From contig CAZEEW010000001.1 in assembly GCA_964511375.1 (NCBI GenBank), positions 6,512 through 70,511 on the forward strand: a stretch of 64,000 nt of DNA, in the 5' to 3' direction. How positions within the stretch are numbered: position 1 is the stretch's first letter; each line of letters begins with the position of its first letter. Below, in pieces: positions 38,746 through 46,681 of this stretch. A model generated the notes under the pieces. The model was not told where the DNA came from and did not search any database. It saw only the letters and a list, made by a program, of their open reading frames with translations. This DNA comes from an uncultured Gammaproteobacteria bacterium (GTDB lineage Bacteria > Patescibacteriota > Patescibacteriia > Magasanikbacterales > GWA2-37-8). Position numbers and translations under genes: made by a program.

Positions 38746-40551
38746 CTACTTTAGTAAGCCTCCCCACTCCACGACCGTAAATCCATTTCTCTTCGGTGTC
38801 CGGAGGGTTGGCTCTTTAACATCTACCGGTCTTTCTAATCCCTCAAATTCCATAAAGACGCGAATTACAGTGTCTGGTTTCGGTTGAACTGTAAGAGGTG
38901 CTAATTCTTCCATAGCGCGAGTGCCCATAAACTTTATCAAGTAGTATGGACTAGTTTGCATCTTTGGATACCAGAATTCCATAAAGTCTGCCTTTTCTCT
39001 TTCGTTTAACCCCATAACTCCGAGCTTTTCTTCCAGCATTCCTTTCACCTCTTCTTTCTTTACGACATAACCTTCTTCTGGCATTAGATATCTTCCGGAA
39101 CCCAACCCTTCCCAAAAAAGATACGGATAAACATTACCACTTTTTACTTCTTTAAGTTCTCCGTTAGGCTTGGCCACGACCTCCCAGCCGTTTTGGTATA
39201 GTGGGTCAGAATAAGTAACTTTTAGCAAATCGAGTTTAACATTTATTTTTGTTTCTTTTTCTGGATATAGGTAGATAACCGGTTTACCACACTCAACTGG
39301 TGGTTTAAATTTTAAATTCTTCAAACGAATCCAGCGACCCAACGGATCTTTCCAAAACACCAAGGGCTTAGATTTGACGTATTCGTCGTAAGAAATATTC
39401 TTACCCTCACTGGGGTAAAAACTTGACTCATAAGCTCTTTTTAATAGTTCGTGATTAATGTCTTTAAGACCATAAACTTCGTCGCCGCTGCTCGCCTTGC
39501 CAATTTCGACTAAATCAGTCTCACTAAGATTTCTTTCTACTGCGACAGTTCCGTACCCGCTACACCCACTGTCTTGGTAAGAAGTAAAAGAATGGCTGGT
39601 GTGGTCTCCATCGTTCCAGGTAACTTTCGCCACGTTCTCGGAGGTGATAAAAGGGACATCAACAACATAAATAGCCACCGTTCCGTCTGGAGCAATAATT
39701 TTGTGAGAGCCGTTCTGTACGTCTTCGTAAACATCTCCCCACTTAGCAATAACAAAAACTTTTTTGTATTTTGGCTCAACTGTCTTGGCCATATCTTCTT
39801 TTAACCAAACCAGTGGGTATGGGCGGGCAGGCTCGCCCAAGTATCCTTCAAATCCTTCTCGGATAAATTTAGCTCCTCCATACGTAAAGCTCTGAGGAAA
39901 ATCCCAAGCCGGGATATTTAAGGTTTTGTCGACATAAAAATTAGCGTAGTTCGGTACATACATCTCCGGTTCACCAACTTTGTGCGAGGCCTTGGAGACA
40001 TAATAAAGCTTACTGTTAAAGGAAATTAGGTAGGCATCTTGTGAGAGACCCATGTCGTATCCGACCCCTTTCATAAAATACACTGTTCCTACTGAACCAG
40101 CACGGCTAAAAGTACCAACTTTATAATAATTAGCCTGATTTTCGTCGCTTGCTCTCAAATAAAAACCTAATTTATTTGTTTTATCCGGCCACTGCCAACT
40201 AACATTTTTTAAAATGTCTGCTGGTAAATTCTCGTATTGGGCCTGCACCGTGGAAGTCACAATCTGCTCTTCAGTACTAGTTGACGACAAAACATCGGAC
40301 ACCGAAGTACACACCCCGTTTTCCAACACCTCTCCGACGTTGCACGGAGCACCAAGGCTGCCATTCACGCCTGTGGTTACACTATTTTCTCTTTCTAAAT
40401 CTTCAATTTCACTTCTTCCGAAGAAATACCCAACCACCGCGCTCAATACAATTAATGTTGCGGCGCCGGCTAAAAGAATTACTAAGTGCACCCGATTATT
40501 TGTAACATTCGGGAGCGGGCCCGTATTTTTGTCCGATTTGAAATTAAACAT
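38746..40551 (-). CDS. Secreted hypothetical protein (601 aa, N-terminal TM anchor)
   Basis: ORF with signal-anchor. No recognised motif. Confidence 0.45.
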   Translation of the reverse strand: MFNFKSDKNTGPLPNVTNNRVHLVILLAGAATLIVLSAVVGYFFGRSEIEDLERENSVTTGVNGSLGAPCNVGEVLENGVCTSVSDVLSSTSTEEQIVTSTVQAQYENLPADILKNVSWQWPDKTNKLGFYLRASDENQANYYKVGTFSRAGSVGTVYFMKGVGYDMGLSQDAYLISFNSKLYYVSKASHKVGEPEMYVPNYANFYVDKTLNIPAWDFPQSFTYGGAKFIREGFEGYLGEPARPYPLVWLKEDMAKTVEPKYKKVFVIAKWGDVYEDVQNGSHKIIAPDGTVAIYVVDVPFITSENVAKVTWNDGDHTSHSFTSYQDSGCSGYGTVAVERNLSETDLVEIGKASSGDEVYGLKDINHELLKRAYESSFYPSEGKNISYDEYVKSKPLVFWKDPLGRWIRLKNLKFKPPVECGKPVIYLYPEKETKINVKLDLLKVTYSDPLYQNGWEVVAKPNGELKEVKSGNVYPYLFWEGLGSGRYLMPEEGYVVKKEEVKGMLEEKLGVMGLNEREKADFMEFWYPKMQTSPYYLIKFMGTRAMEELAPLTVQPKPDTVIRVFMEFEGLERPVDVKEPTLRTPKRNGFTVVEWGGLLK

Positions 40552-40577
40552 ATATTTAAATTAATAATGCCTCTATT

Positions 40578-43535
40578 CTATTCTTTTTTGTTTTCTCCGT
40601 CAAACCTTCTTCTTTTCCCTTTTAGTAACAATCCCACGATTACGCCGGCTGCGCCGCCGCCTAGAGCAGGCAGATATTTATCGCTCATTTCATTATTAGG
40701 TGCTACACCGTTTCTTTCTTTTATTTCCTCGGCTTGTCCCACAACCTTAATATCTTCTTGACTGCGCGGCCAAATCTGCAAACCAGTTTCTGACTTTTCA
40801 AGGATACCCACCACTTCTACCTTGTCTCCTTCAGCGAAATCTTTTTTATCTATTTTAGCTCCTCGTTTGAGGTACACTACGGCCTCCGCTTGACCATCAT
40901 CAATATACACAGAAGTGCTTTTGATTTCGGTAACGTCAGCCACAACTTTTACTAAACTACCCAATATGTCTTCGTTTAACTCATCGATGGTGTGCGGTGT
41001 ACTTGAGACAACATTTTCAACTGATAGCACATCAACATCTTTGGCGCCGCTTAATTTAATTCTTTTCTGTCCGTTCGCTTCGGAAATTATTCCTTGCACT
41101 TCTACTGCATCGCCCACGCTTAACTCCGGAAATAATTTCTTATATTGATAAATTTGAATACCGGCCAGTCCGTCAGTAATGTAAAAATACTGGCTCCCAA
41201 ATACCCCTGGCATGACTGCTACCGTTCCCCTAACTTTCACGCCATAATTTTTTGGTGCTTCTCGTGCCAAAGCCAAACTCATACTATTGTATCCAACACC
41301 AATTTTGCCGCTACCGCTGGATTTACTGGCGCTGGCGGCTGGGGCGATAATTTTTAAGCCTAAAACCTGCGCTAAGTTAGCCTTGCCGGGAGTAGGTTTG
41401 GCGAAAAGCCTCCATTCCTGACCAGCGATACCATAGCTCTGTCCGGGTTGACTTTCTCCAAATTTAACTAGGTCAGCACTAATGTTTTCCGGTGTTAAAA
41501 GTTCCACCTTATCCCCCTTGTTATCTAGATTTAATTTAGTCACTAAACGGTAGAATACTAGATAACTTTGCGGCGCAATAATCGTGTTCTCTGGAAAAAT
41601 GTACGTTTTATTTGTTATGTTCCGAAGTCGCCAACCACTAATATTCACGGGTGTTGACCCAAAATTAAACAGCTCTACAAATTCATTACTATCTGCCCCC
41701 TCTGGGTTAACAAATATCTCACTAATAATTACCGCACTGTTTTTTAGCGACAACCCTCCCCCAATATTTACTTCTACTTTCTTTTCTCCTTTGGTGCCGC
41801 TAGTACTGGTTGCCGTGACTTTAACAATGTATAAACCAGAGGTTGCAAAGGCGTATTCGACTTCACCGCCCCACTGTGTCTTGTCCGGAAATTCCCAGGC
41901 ATATTCAATCTCTCCACCGCGCGGGTCTGCCGAGTCTTCGGCATCAAATACCAGGGCTTCGCCCGGTTCGCCCTGGCTAGGTGCTTTAATCTTCCAAATT
42001 ATTTTGGTTTCGTCAGGAGTAACAGCTTCATTAATTTCACCTGGTGTTGGTTCACTTGACCACTCCCATTTGTTATTTTCAAATCGGTTATAGCTCTCAC
42101 CCTCTGGGGCTTTGTCGTAGGCAACATAATCTGCTAGAAAATTATTAGGTGTGTACAGTCGCAACTCTTCCTTGCTGGAGTTATTTAAAGAAATATTAGT
42201 AATAGTTCTTCTAAAAAACACGATTTTCCCCGGCAAGATTGTTCCGCTTAAAACAAAGTTTTTTGTCGTGTCACCCAGTTTCCAATTTGCTAAATTAATT
42301 TCTTTATCACTAACGTTAATAATTTCAATAAATTCATTCTCCAAATCTGAGCCCGGGGGATTAGCATAGACCTCATTAATTAGTAGGCCACTGAAAGTGG
42401 TGGTCGAAGTGTCCGCTTTGGTTTCGCTTTTATCCTCTGTTTTGTTTTCTATTTTGGGCGGAGTCGCTCCACCACCTCCACCGGTCGGAACCGGACGAGG
42501 AGTTATGATGTTGGCTGCTCCAGAAGTAATTGTTCTGGTAATTGCAAAGCTGCCCTCACCATCATTCCCTCTCGCCAACGACTCATTTTTTTCTGGAGAG
42601 TTTTGTCCACTATATTCTACCTGGTCAACTATTTCACCACCAGGTTTACGCAAAACCACACTGTCTGCATCATTATTTAGGAAACTCTTTGTACCCAAAT
42701 CAAAGTATAGCCAACTTAATCCTGAAATAGTGCCGGTAACCATCTTGCAAGTGGAGGTTGCTTCACGATTATCACAAAGTAAACCGCCCGCCAAATCAAA
42801 GGCGGTGCTAGTAGTATTAAAAAACTCCACCCACTCATTTCCCTCGACCGGATCAGAAACAAATTCATTTATTTTAATAAATTCCCAAAGGTCTAAAATG
42901 CTCGGTGTTGAACTGGGAGTTTCTGGTGTAGACGTTGGTGTCTCGGGCGTGGTAGTGGGCGTGGTAGTGGGTGTTGTAGTCACGACCGAGCCTGACGGTT
43001 CGGTTGAAAAAACACTGTTAATTAAACCAACAGTATTGCCGCTCGAATGTTCTCGCCAATTACTGGCGTCATACACCACAATAAAGGGACTAATTCTTTC
43101 CAAAGAATTATTCGCAGCATTAATAAATGTAAATTGCTCAATAAAATTTCCATTCTCATCCTTTAAGCCAACCTCTTCACCGGACTCATTTAAACTGCTC
43201 CATGAAGAATCAAATACCGAACCCAAAAAACTTGGATAGTCTAATAAAAAATTTTCAGCGTTCTGAGTTATTACAGCGTACTCGCCAGGATTAACTATAC
43301 TGTCAGTTGTACTAACACTTAATCCGTGATTGGTGCCATCTTCCCAAAATTTCCAATCTTTAATGTCTACCGGCTCATTGCCCTTGTTCCATATTTCCAA
43401 CCACTCGTGACCGCTCGCCGCGTAACAACCAAGTTCGTTAATTACAATGTCTGTGTTGGCTGCCCGGGCTAAGCTGAATAAAACAAAAAAACTGCTGATT
43501 ATCCCAACAGTTAATACAAAAAGCTTGTTTTGCAT
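40578..43535 (-). CDS. Large cell-surface protein with four lamin-tail-domain (LTD)-like repeats, Thr/Pro linker and C-terminal membrane anchor
   Basis: Signal peptide. Repeated INE(L/F/V)...G.(E/N)(W/F)(L/V/I)E(I/F/L)(W/F/I)N......(W)(K/R)(F/L) blocks. TTTPTTTPTTTPETP linker. C-terminal LPALGGGAAGVIVGLLL plus KGKRRR. Confidence 0.65.
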   Translation of the reverse strand: MQNKLFVLTVGIISSFFVLFSLARAANTDIVINELGCYAASGHEWLEIWNKGNEPVDIKDWKFWEDGTNHGLSVSTTDSIVNPGEYAVITQNAENFLLDYPSFLGSVFDSSWSSLNESGEEVGLKDENGNFIEQFTFINAANNSLERISPFIVVYDASNWREHSSGNTVGLINSVFSTEPSGSVVTTTPTTTPTTTPETPTSTPETPSSTPSILDLWEFIKINEFVSDPVEGNEWVEFFNTTSTAFDLAGGLLCDNREATSTCKMVTGTISGLSWLYFDLGTKSFLNNDADSVVLRKPGGEIVDQVEYSGQNSPEKNESLARGNDGEGSFAITRTITSGAANIITPRPVPTGGGGGATPPKIENKTEDKSETKADTSTTTFSGLLINEVYANPPGSDLENEFIEIINVSDKEINLANWKLGDTTKNFVLSGTILPGKIVFFRRTITNISLNNSSKEELRLYTPNNFLADYVAYDKAPEGESYNRFENNKWEWSSEPTPGEINEAVTPDETKIIWKIKAPSQGEPGEALVFDAEDSADPRGGEIEYAWEFPDKTQWGGEVEYAFATSGLYIVKVTATSTSGTKGEKKVEVNIGGGLSLKNSAVIISEIFVNPEGADSNEFVELFNFGSTPVNISGWRLRNITNKTYIFPENTIIAPQSYLVFYRLVTKLNLDNKGDKVELLTPENISADLVKFGESQPGQSYGIAGQEWRLFAKPTPGKANLAQVLGLKIIAPAASASKSSGSGKIGVGYNSMSLALAREAPKNYGVKVRGTVAVMPGVFGSQYFYITDGLAGIQIYQYKKLFPELSVGDAVEVQGIISEANGQKRIKLSGAKDVDVLSVENVVSSTPHTIDELNEDILGSLVKVVADVTEIKSTSVYIDDGQAEAVVYLKRGAKIDKKDFAEGDKVEVVGILEKSETGLQIWPRSQEDIKVVGQAEEIKERNGVAPNNEMSDKYLPALGGGAAGVIVGLLLKGKRRRFDGENKKE

Positions 43536-43562
43536 AACCTCCTTTAATTTAAATTTATTAAT

Positions 43563-43952
43563 TTATTTAAGCCAAGAGCTTTTCTTTAATGCTTCTTTTA
43601 ATAACTCTTTAAGCGCCCCCTCGCCATCAAACCCCAAAGAACTTAGGTAATTTACCACCTGGCCTCTAGTTATGGTTTCTGGCTTTTCGTTTACGTTTTC
43701 TTCTCCAGTAAAAACATTGGCGTGATCAAATTCCCAGTCTTCGCTCTTCTTCCATCTCTTACCCTGTCCAACATATTTAAATCCCAAACAATAATTTTCT
43801 CCCCTTCTTTGCGCCTTTATTTCAAAATTCAAGCTGGCTTTTTCTCCCCCGTCTCTTGGCAACAGCAGGTCAGCCAAAACCCCAGGCGACAATTCCCTTT
43901 TTAAACTAGCTGGACTTCTATAACGCTCATGCTCGCTCATATTATAAGACAA
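43563..43952 (-). CDS. Hypothetical protein (129 aa)
   Basis: ORF only. Confidence 0.35.
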   Translation of the reverse strand: MSYNMSEHERYRSPASLKRELSPGVLADLLLPRDGGEKASLNFEIKAQRRGENYCLGFKYVGQGKRWKKSEDWEFDHANVFTGEENVNEKPETITRGQVVNYLSSLGFDGEGALKELLKEALKKSSWLK

Positions 43953-44044
43953 ATAAAGTATAACACAAAAAGTAAAGAATTAAAAAATACCTCAATCACT
44001 TGAAGTATTTTATGTTCCGCCAAGTACCCGGTTACCCTTAGACA

Positions 44045-44330
44045 ACAACTTATTATTATCTAAGGGTTCGACCGAGTACTGCGTTGGTCTCCCCCTTATT
44101 CTCATGGTTCCTCCTCCGCTCTCTCTTGAACTTCTTCTCTGACGGTGACCGTGGGCCACCGCCAGCACACCAGACGCCTGGCCCCCTCGACAAGGAGGGC
44201 CGTGCCGGCCAGGAAGGCCAGCAACACATAGGCCCCACCGCCGGCCGGGTCAACGAAAAACACCGTCATGTCTTCCCCCTCCCACGCACGCGCGCGGAAC
44301 ACAAAATGATAACAAATCTAAAATGATTTG
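44045..44330. other. GC-rich island (about 65% GC versus about 40% background) with extensive self-complementarity; candidate structured RNA or foreign DNA fragment
   Basis: Local composition and long imperfect hairpin (GACGGTGACCGTGGGCC...GGCCCCACCG...CACCGTC) read directly. ORFs here on both strands overlap and look compositional. Confidence 0.35.
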
Positions 44331-44389
44331 TCCAGTGGTGCGGGAACAACAAGAGAAGATCGTAATTAAAAACATAAAATTTAAGAATT

Positions 44390-44523
44390 TGTATACACTA
44401 GTCTATACAAACTGTGGATAAGTGTGTGCATATTTGTGTATAAATGTGTATAACTTAAAATATTTTGTACAACTTTTTCTCTTAAATTAGCAAAAATAAA
44501 TTTTGTATACACTAGTGTATACA
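44390..44523. repeat. Two copies of a 20-bp palindrome TGTATACACTAGTGTATACA (44504..44523 perfect; 44390..44409 one mismatch) bracketing a DnaA-box TGTGGATAA (44413..44421) in an AT-rich spacer
   Basis: Read directly. Copies are 114 bp apart. Confidence 0.6.
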
Positions 44524-44601
44524 AACACACAAGACTTTTTTGCCTGTTTTTGTTTATTTTTTCTCTTGCTTTAGCTAAAAATAATATAATTTAGTCGACT
44601 C

Positions 44602-44630
44602 TTGACGACAGCAGCGCCCTGTGCTATAAT
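44602..44630 (+). promoter_or_regulatory. Consensus sigma70 promoter TTGACG-17-TATAAT
   Basis: Read directly. Drives the non-coding stretch upstream of the dksA-like gene. Confidence 0.55.
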
Positions 44631-44636
44631 ATATTT

Positions 44637-44935
44637 GTTAGTTCATTGAAAACCACCTCCGAACTGCGACAAAAGAACACGGATTTACAACAGTCCTGAA
44701 AAAATACAGGATAGTGGCAAATCCGTACTACTTCTCGGGTAACCTCATAAACTTTATAGCTAGCGCGTGCCTCTTGTGCACCAGCTGGCACCGAGGAAAT
44801 ACCCACATAAGCGGTCGGAGAACATTCTGCTCAAGCGATGAGCGTCGCCCCAGCCGGGGCTTTAAGTTCTCGCCAGCAGTTTTTTCAAGGGCGAGACCTT
44901 AAAACAAAAATAGCGGGTCATCCGCCCTTTTTTTA
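44637..44935 (+). ncRNA. Candidate structured non-coding transcript or long structured 5' leader (about 300 nt) ending in a hairpin plus T-run
   Basis: No plausible ORF (only an Arg/Ser-rich 62-aa frame). Several nested hairpins (ACGGATTT...AAATCCGT; GCCCC-agcc-GGGGC; CTCGCC...GGCGAG). Terminal GCGG-gtcat-CCGC followed by CCTTTTTTT. Confidence 0.35.
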
Positions 44936-45047
44936 TTGCAAAAACCCGTTTGACAAGCTTATATAAATAAGATAGCATATATCCAATCTGGGGCTTTTTA
45001 AGCTCACAACGGCAGTAAACCCCGTATTTTGATCACTAATATCCAGT

Positions 45048-45434
45048 ATGTCTAAACAAGTAAAAAAAGTTGTAACTGCTTTCCCAATGGATTTCATTAC
45101 CAAAATTACTGAGGTTCTAAACAAGGAAAAGGCTCGCTTAGAAAAGGAGCTGGGAACCATATCTGCGGGTGGAGACAGCGCTAACTTTCCAGAATATGGT
45201 GATAAAGAAGATGAGAACGCTAACGAGGTGGCCGAGTACGCAGCCAACCTAACAATTGAAGAGAGTCTGGAGCGATCATACCGCGACGTCGTTAAGGCGC
45301 TCGCTCGCTTAGAAAAGGGTGAATATGGCGTGTGCCGATATTGTGGCAAGCCAATCGATTCTCGCCGCCTACTTGCCAGACCAACTTCTAGCGCCTGCGT
45401 AGATTGCAAAAAAACCATTACTCAAGAGGTTTAG
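45048..45434 (+). CDS. dksA: DksA/TraR-family C4-type zinc-finger protein
   Basis: Coiled-coil N-terminus and C-terminal CRYCGKPI...CVDC four-Cys motif. Confidence 0.65.
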   Translation: MSKQVKKVVTAFPMDFITKITEVLNKEKARLEKELGTISAGGDSANFPEYGDKEDENANEVAEYAANLTIEESLERSYRDVVKALARLEKGEYGVCRYCGKPIDSRRLLARPTSSACVDCKKTITQEV

Positions 45435-45438
45435 TTAT

Positions 45439-45903
45439 ATGAACGCTAAGGGGCCCGCTTCCGTATATTACTTGTTTTTAAGCGGGCTTTTTTTAATTTT
45501 CGACCAGTCTCTAAAATATTTTGCTTTGCAAAATTTTGATTCCGCACACACATATCTTGGTTTTTTCGGCTGGAAGCCTTTCTTAAACCCCGGCGTTGCT
45601 TTCAGTTTGCCAGTACCACAGCCAATTATTCTCCTTTTTACTATTCCTGTGCTGATTTTTCTGGCATGTCTAATACTAAGGGCGTGGAACAGCAAAACCG
45701 CCCCTCCAACGCACGTGCTTGGACTGTCCTTGGTCTTTTTTGGCGCCCTGTCCAACTTAATTGATCGTCTTATTTTTAAACACACCGTCGACTATCTCCT
45801 TTTATATACTGGCGTTTTCAACGTTGCTGACCTCATGATTATTGCTGGTTTTTTACTTTATCTTTGGATCTCGACCAAAAAGAGGGACGCTCAAAACATC
45901 TAA
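45439..45903 (+). CDS. lspA: Lipoprotein signal peptidase (signal peptidase II)
   Basis: Four TM helices with conserved blocks NPGVAFSL and FNVADL. Confidence 0.8.
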   Translation: MNAKGPASVYYLFLSGLFLIFDQSLKYFALQNFDSAHTYLGFFGWKPFLNPGVAFSLPVPQPIILLFTIPVLIFLACLILRAWNSKTAPPTHVLGLSLVFFGALSNLIDRLIFKHTVDYLLLYTGVFNVADLMIIAGFLLYLWISTKKRDAQNI

Positions 45904-45933
45904 CAAAAAAGACCCCTGTAACGAGGTCTTTTT
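45904..45933. terminator. Bidirectional terminator (GACC-cctgtaacga-GGTC with flanking A-run and T-run)
   Basis: Between lspA (+) and 45946..46554 (-). Confidence 0.5.
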
Positions 45934-45945
45934 AAATCTTGTATA

Positions 45946-46554
45946 TTATTTGCCAACGCGGCTAAGTTTGGTTTGGGGGTAAAAGATTTCGACTTTCAAA
46001 CGCTTAACACCAAACTTTCGGGCCTCGGCTTTTGAGGTGTCTAACCAGACATCCATGCGCCCAAATCCATAGCGAGCATTCATGCGGTCCTCAACAATGA
46101 ATTCTTTTTCCCCGTACAAACTTGGGATTTTAATTATGGTTCCAAAAGGTAGTCCGTTGGCTGCAATCATGCCGTCGTGTACCCGCTTGCCAGAAGCTGC
46201 AATAAAAGGATCGTCGTCGGTCTGATCGGGAGTGGAGGTATAAGCAGTAATAACTGCGTTAATAACTCTGTCTGGTTGACGTATGCTGTCTTTTTCGCTA
46301 TCATTAGCAAAAAAGATGTTTTGTCCGTTTTCCCAAGCCAATTCCTTGGCCAAAATGTTATTGATTAGCTCTTTTTCGGTTCTTTTAGCAGAAAAAACCA
46401 GCTTTTTATTGCTTTGACCTTGGGCCACAACTGGGTTCAAAAGGTTCAATAAAAAGGCTAAAACAAGGGTATAGTGGACAACTAAGGTAACCGGGTTCTG
46501 GATAAATTTTGGCTTAAATAAGCTCATAATTGGTAAATTAAAAAAGATAACCAT
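45946..46554 (-). CDS. 3D-domain (MltA-like, Asp-rich) cell-wall-binding protein
   Basis: Signal peptide. C-terminal TSTPDQTDDDP...ANGLPFGTIIKIP...GRMDVWLD pattern of 3D domains. Confidence 0.6.
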   Translation of the reverse strand: MVIFFNLPIMSLFKPKFIQNPVTLVVHYTLVLAFLLNLLNPVVAQGQSNKKLVFSAKRTEKELINNILAKELAWENGQNIFFANDSEKDSIRQPDRVINAVITAYTSTPDQTDDDPFIAASGKRVHDGMIAANGLPFGTIIKIPSLYGEKEFIVEDRMNARYGFGRMDVWLDTSKAEARKFGVKRLKVEIFYPQTKLSRVGK

Positions 46555-46681
46555 ATTACTAGGCTATCCTCTTCAATCAACGCAATACTATACCACAAAA
46601 TACTAAAATTGTCAAGGGTGACATGTTAAGATATAATTTAAGAACATTAATTACTTTCCGGCCCAACAAGCCAACAGATTT

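Noticed and set aside
44056-44326. Overlapping ORFs on both strands inside the GC-rich island (44056..44253 -, 44084..44326 +, 44102..44302 -)
   Set aside because: Mutually overlapping in GC-rich DNA, where stop codons are rare. Cannot all be real. Reported instead as a compositional/structural anomaly; the minus-strand MTVFF... peptide remains a weak possibility.
44390-44523. CRISPR array
   Set aside because: Only two repeat copies. Repeats are self-palindromic with 114-bp spacing. No cas genes in the window.
44714-44902. ORF 44714..44902 (+) as a protein-coding gene
   Set aside because: Arg/Ser/Cys-rich low-complexity translation with no SD. Region better explained as structured non-coding RNA or leader.
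44637-44935. RNase P RNA (rnpB) at this locus, considered because rnpA is present nearby
   Set aside because: Could not find the universal P4 strands or the AGGGUGAAA / GGUAAGAGC blocks on either strand. Length is also short.
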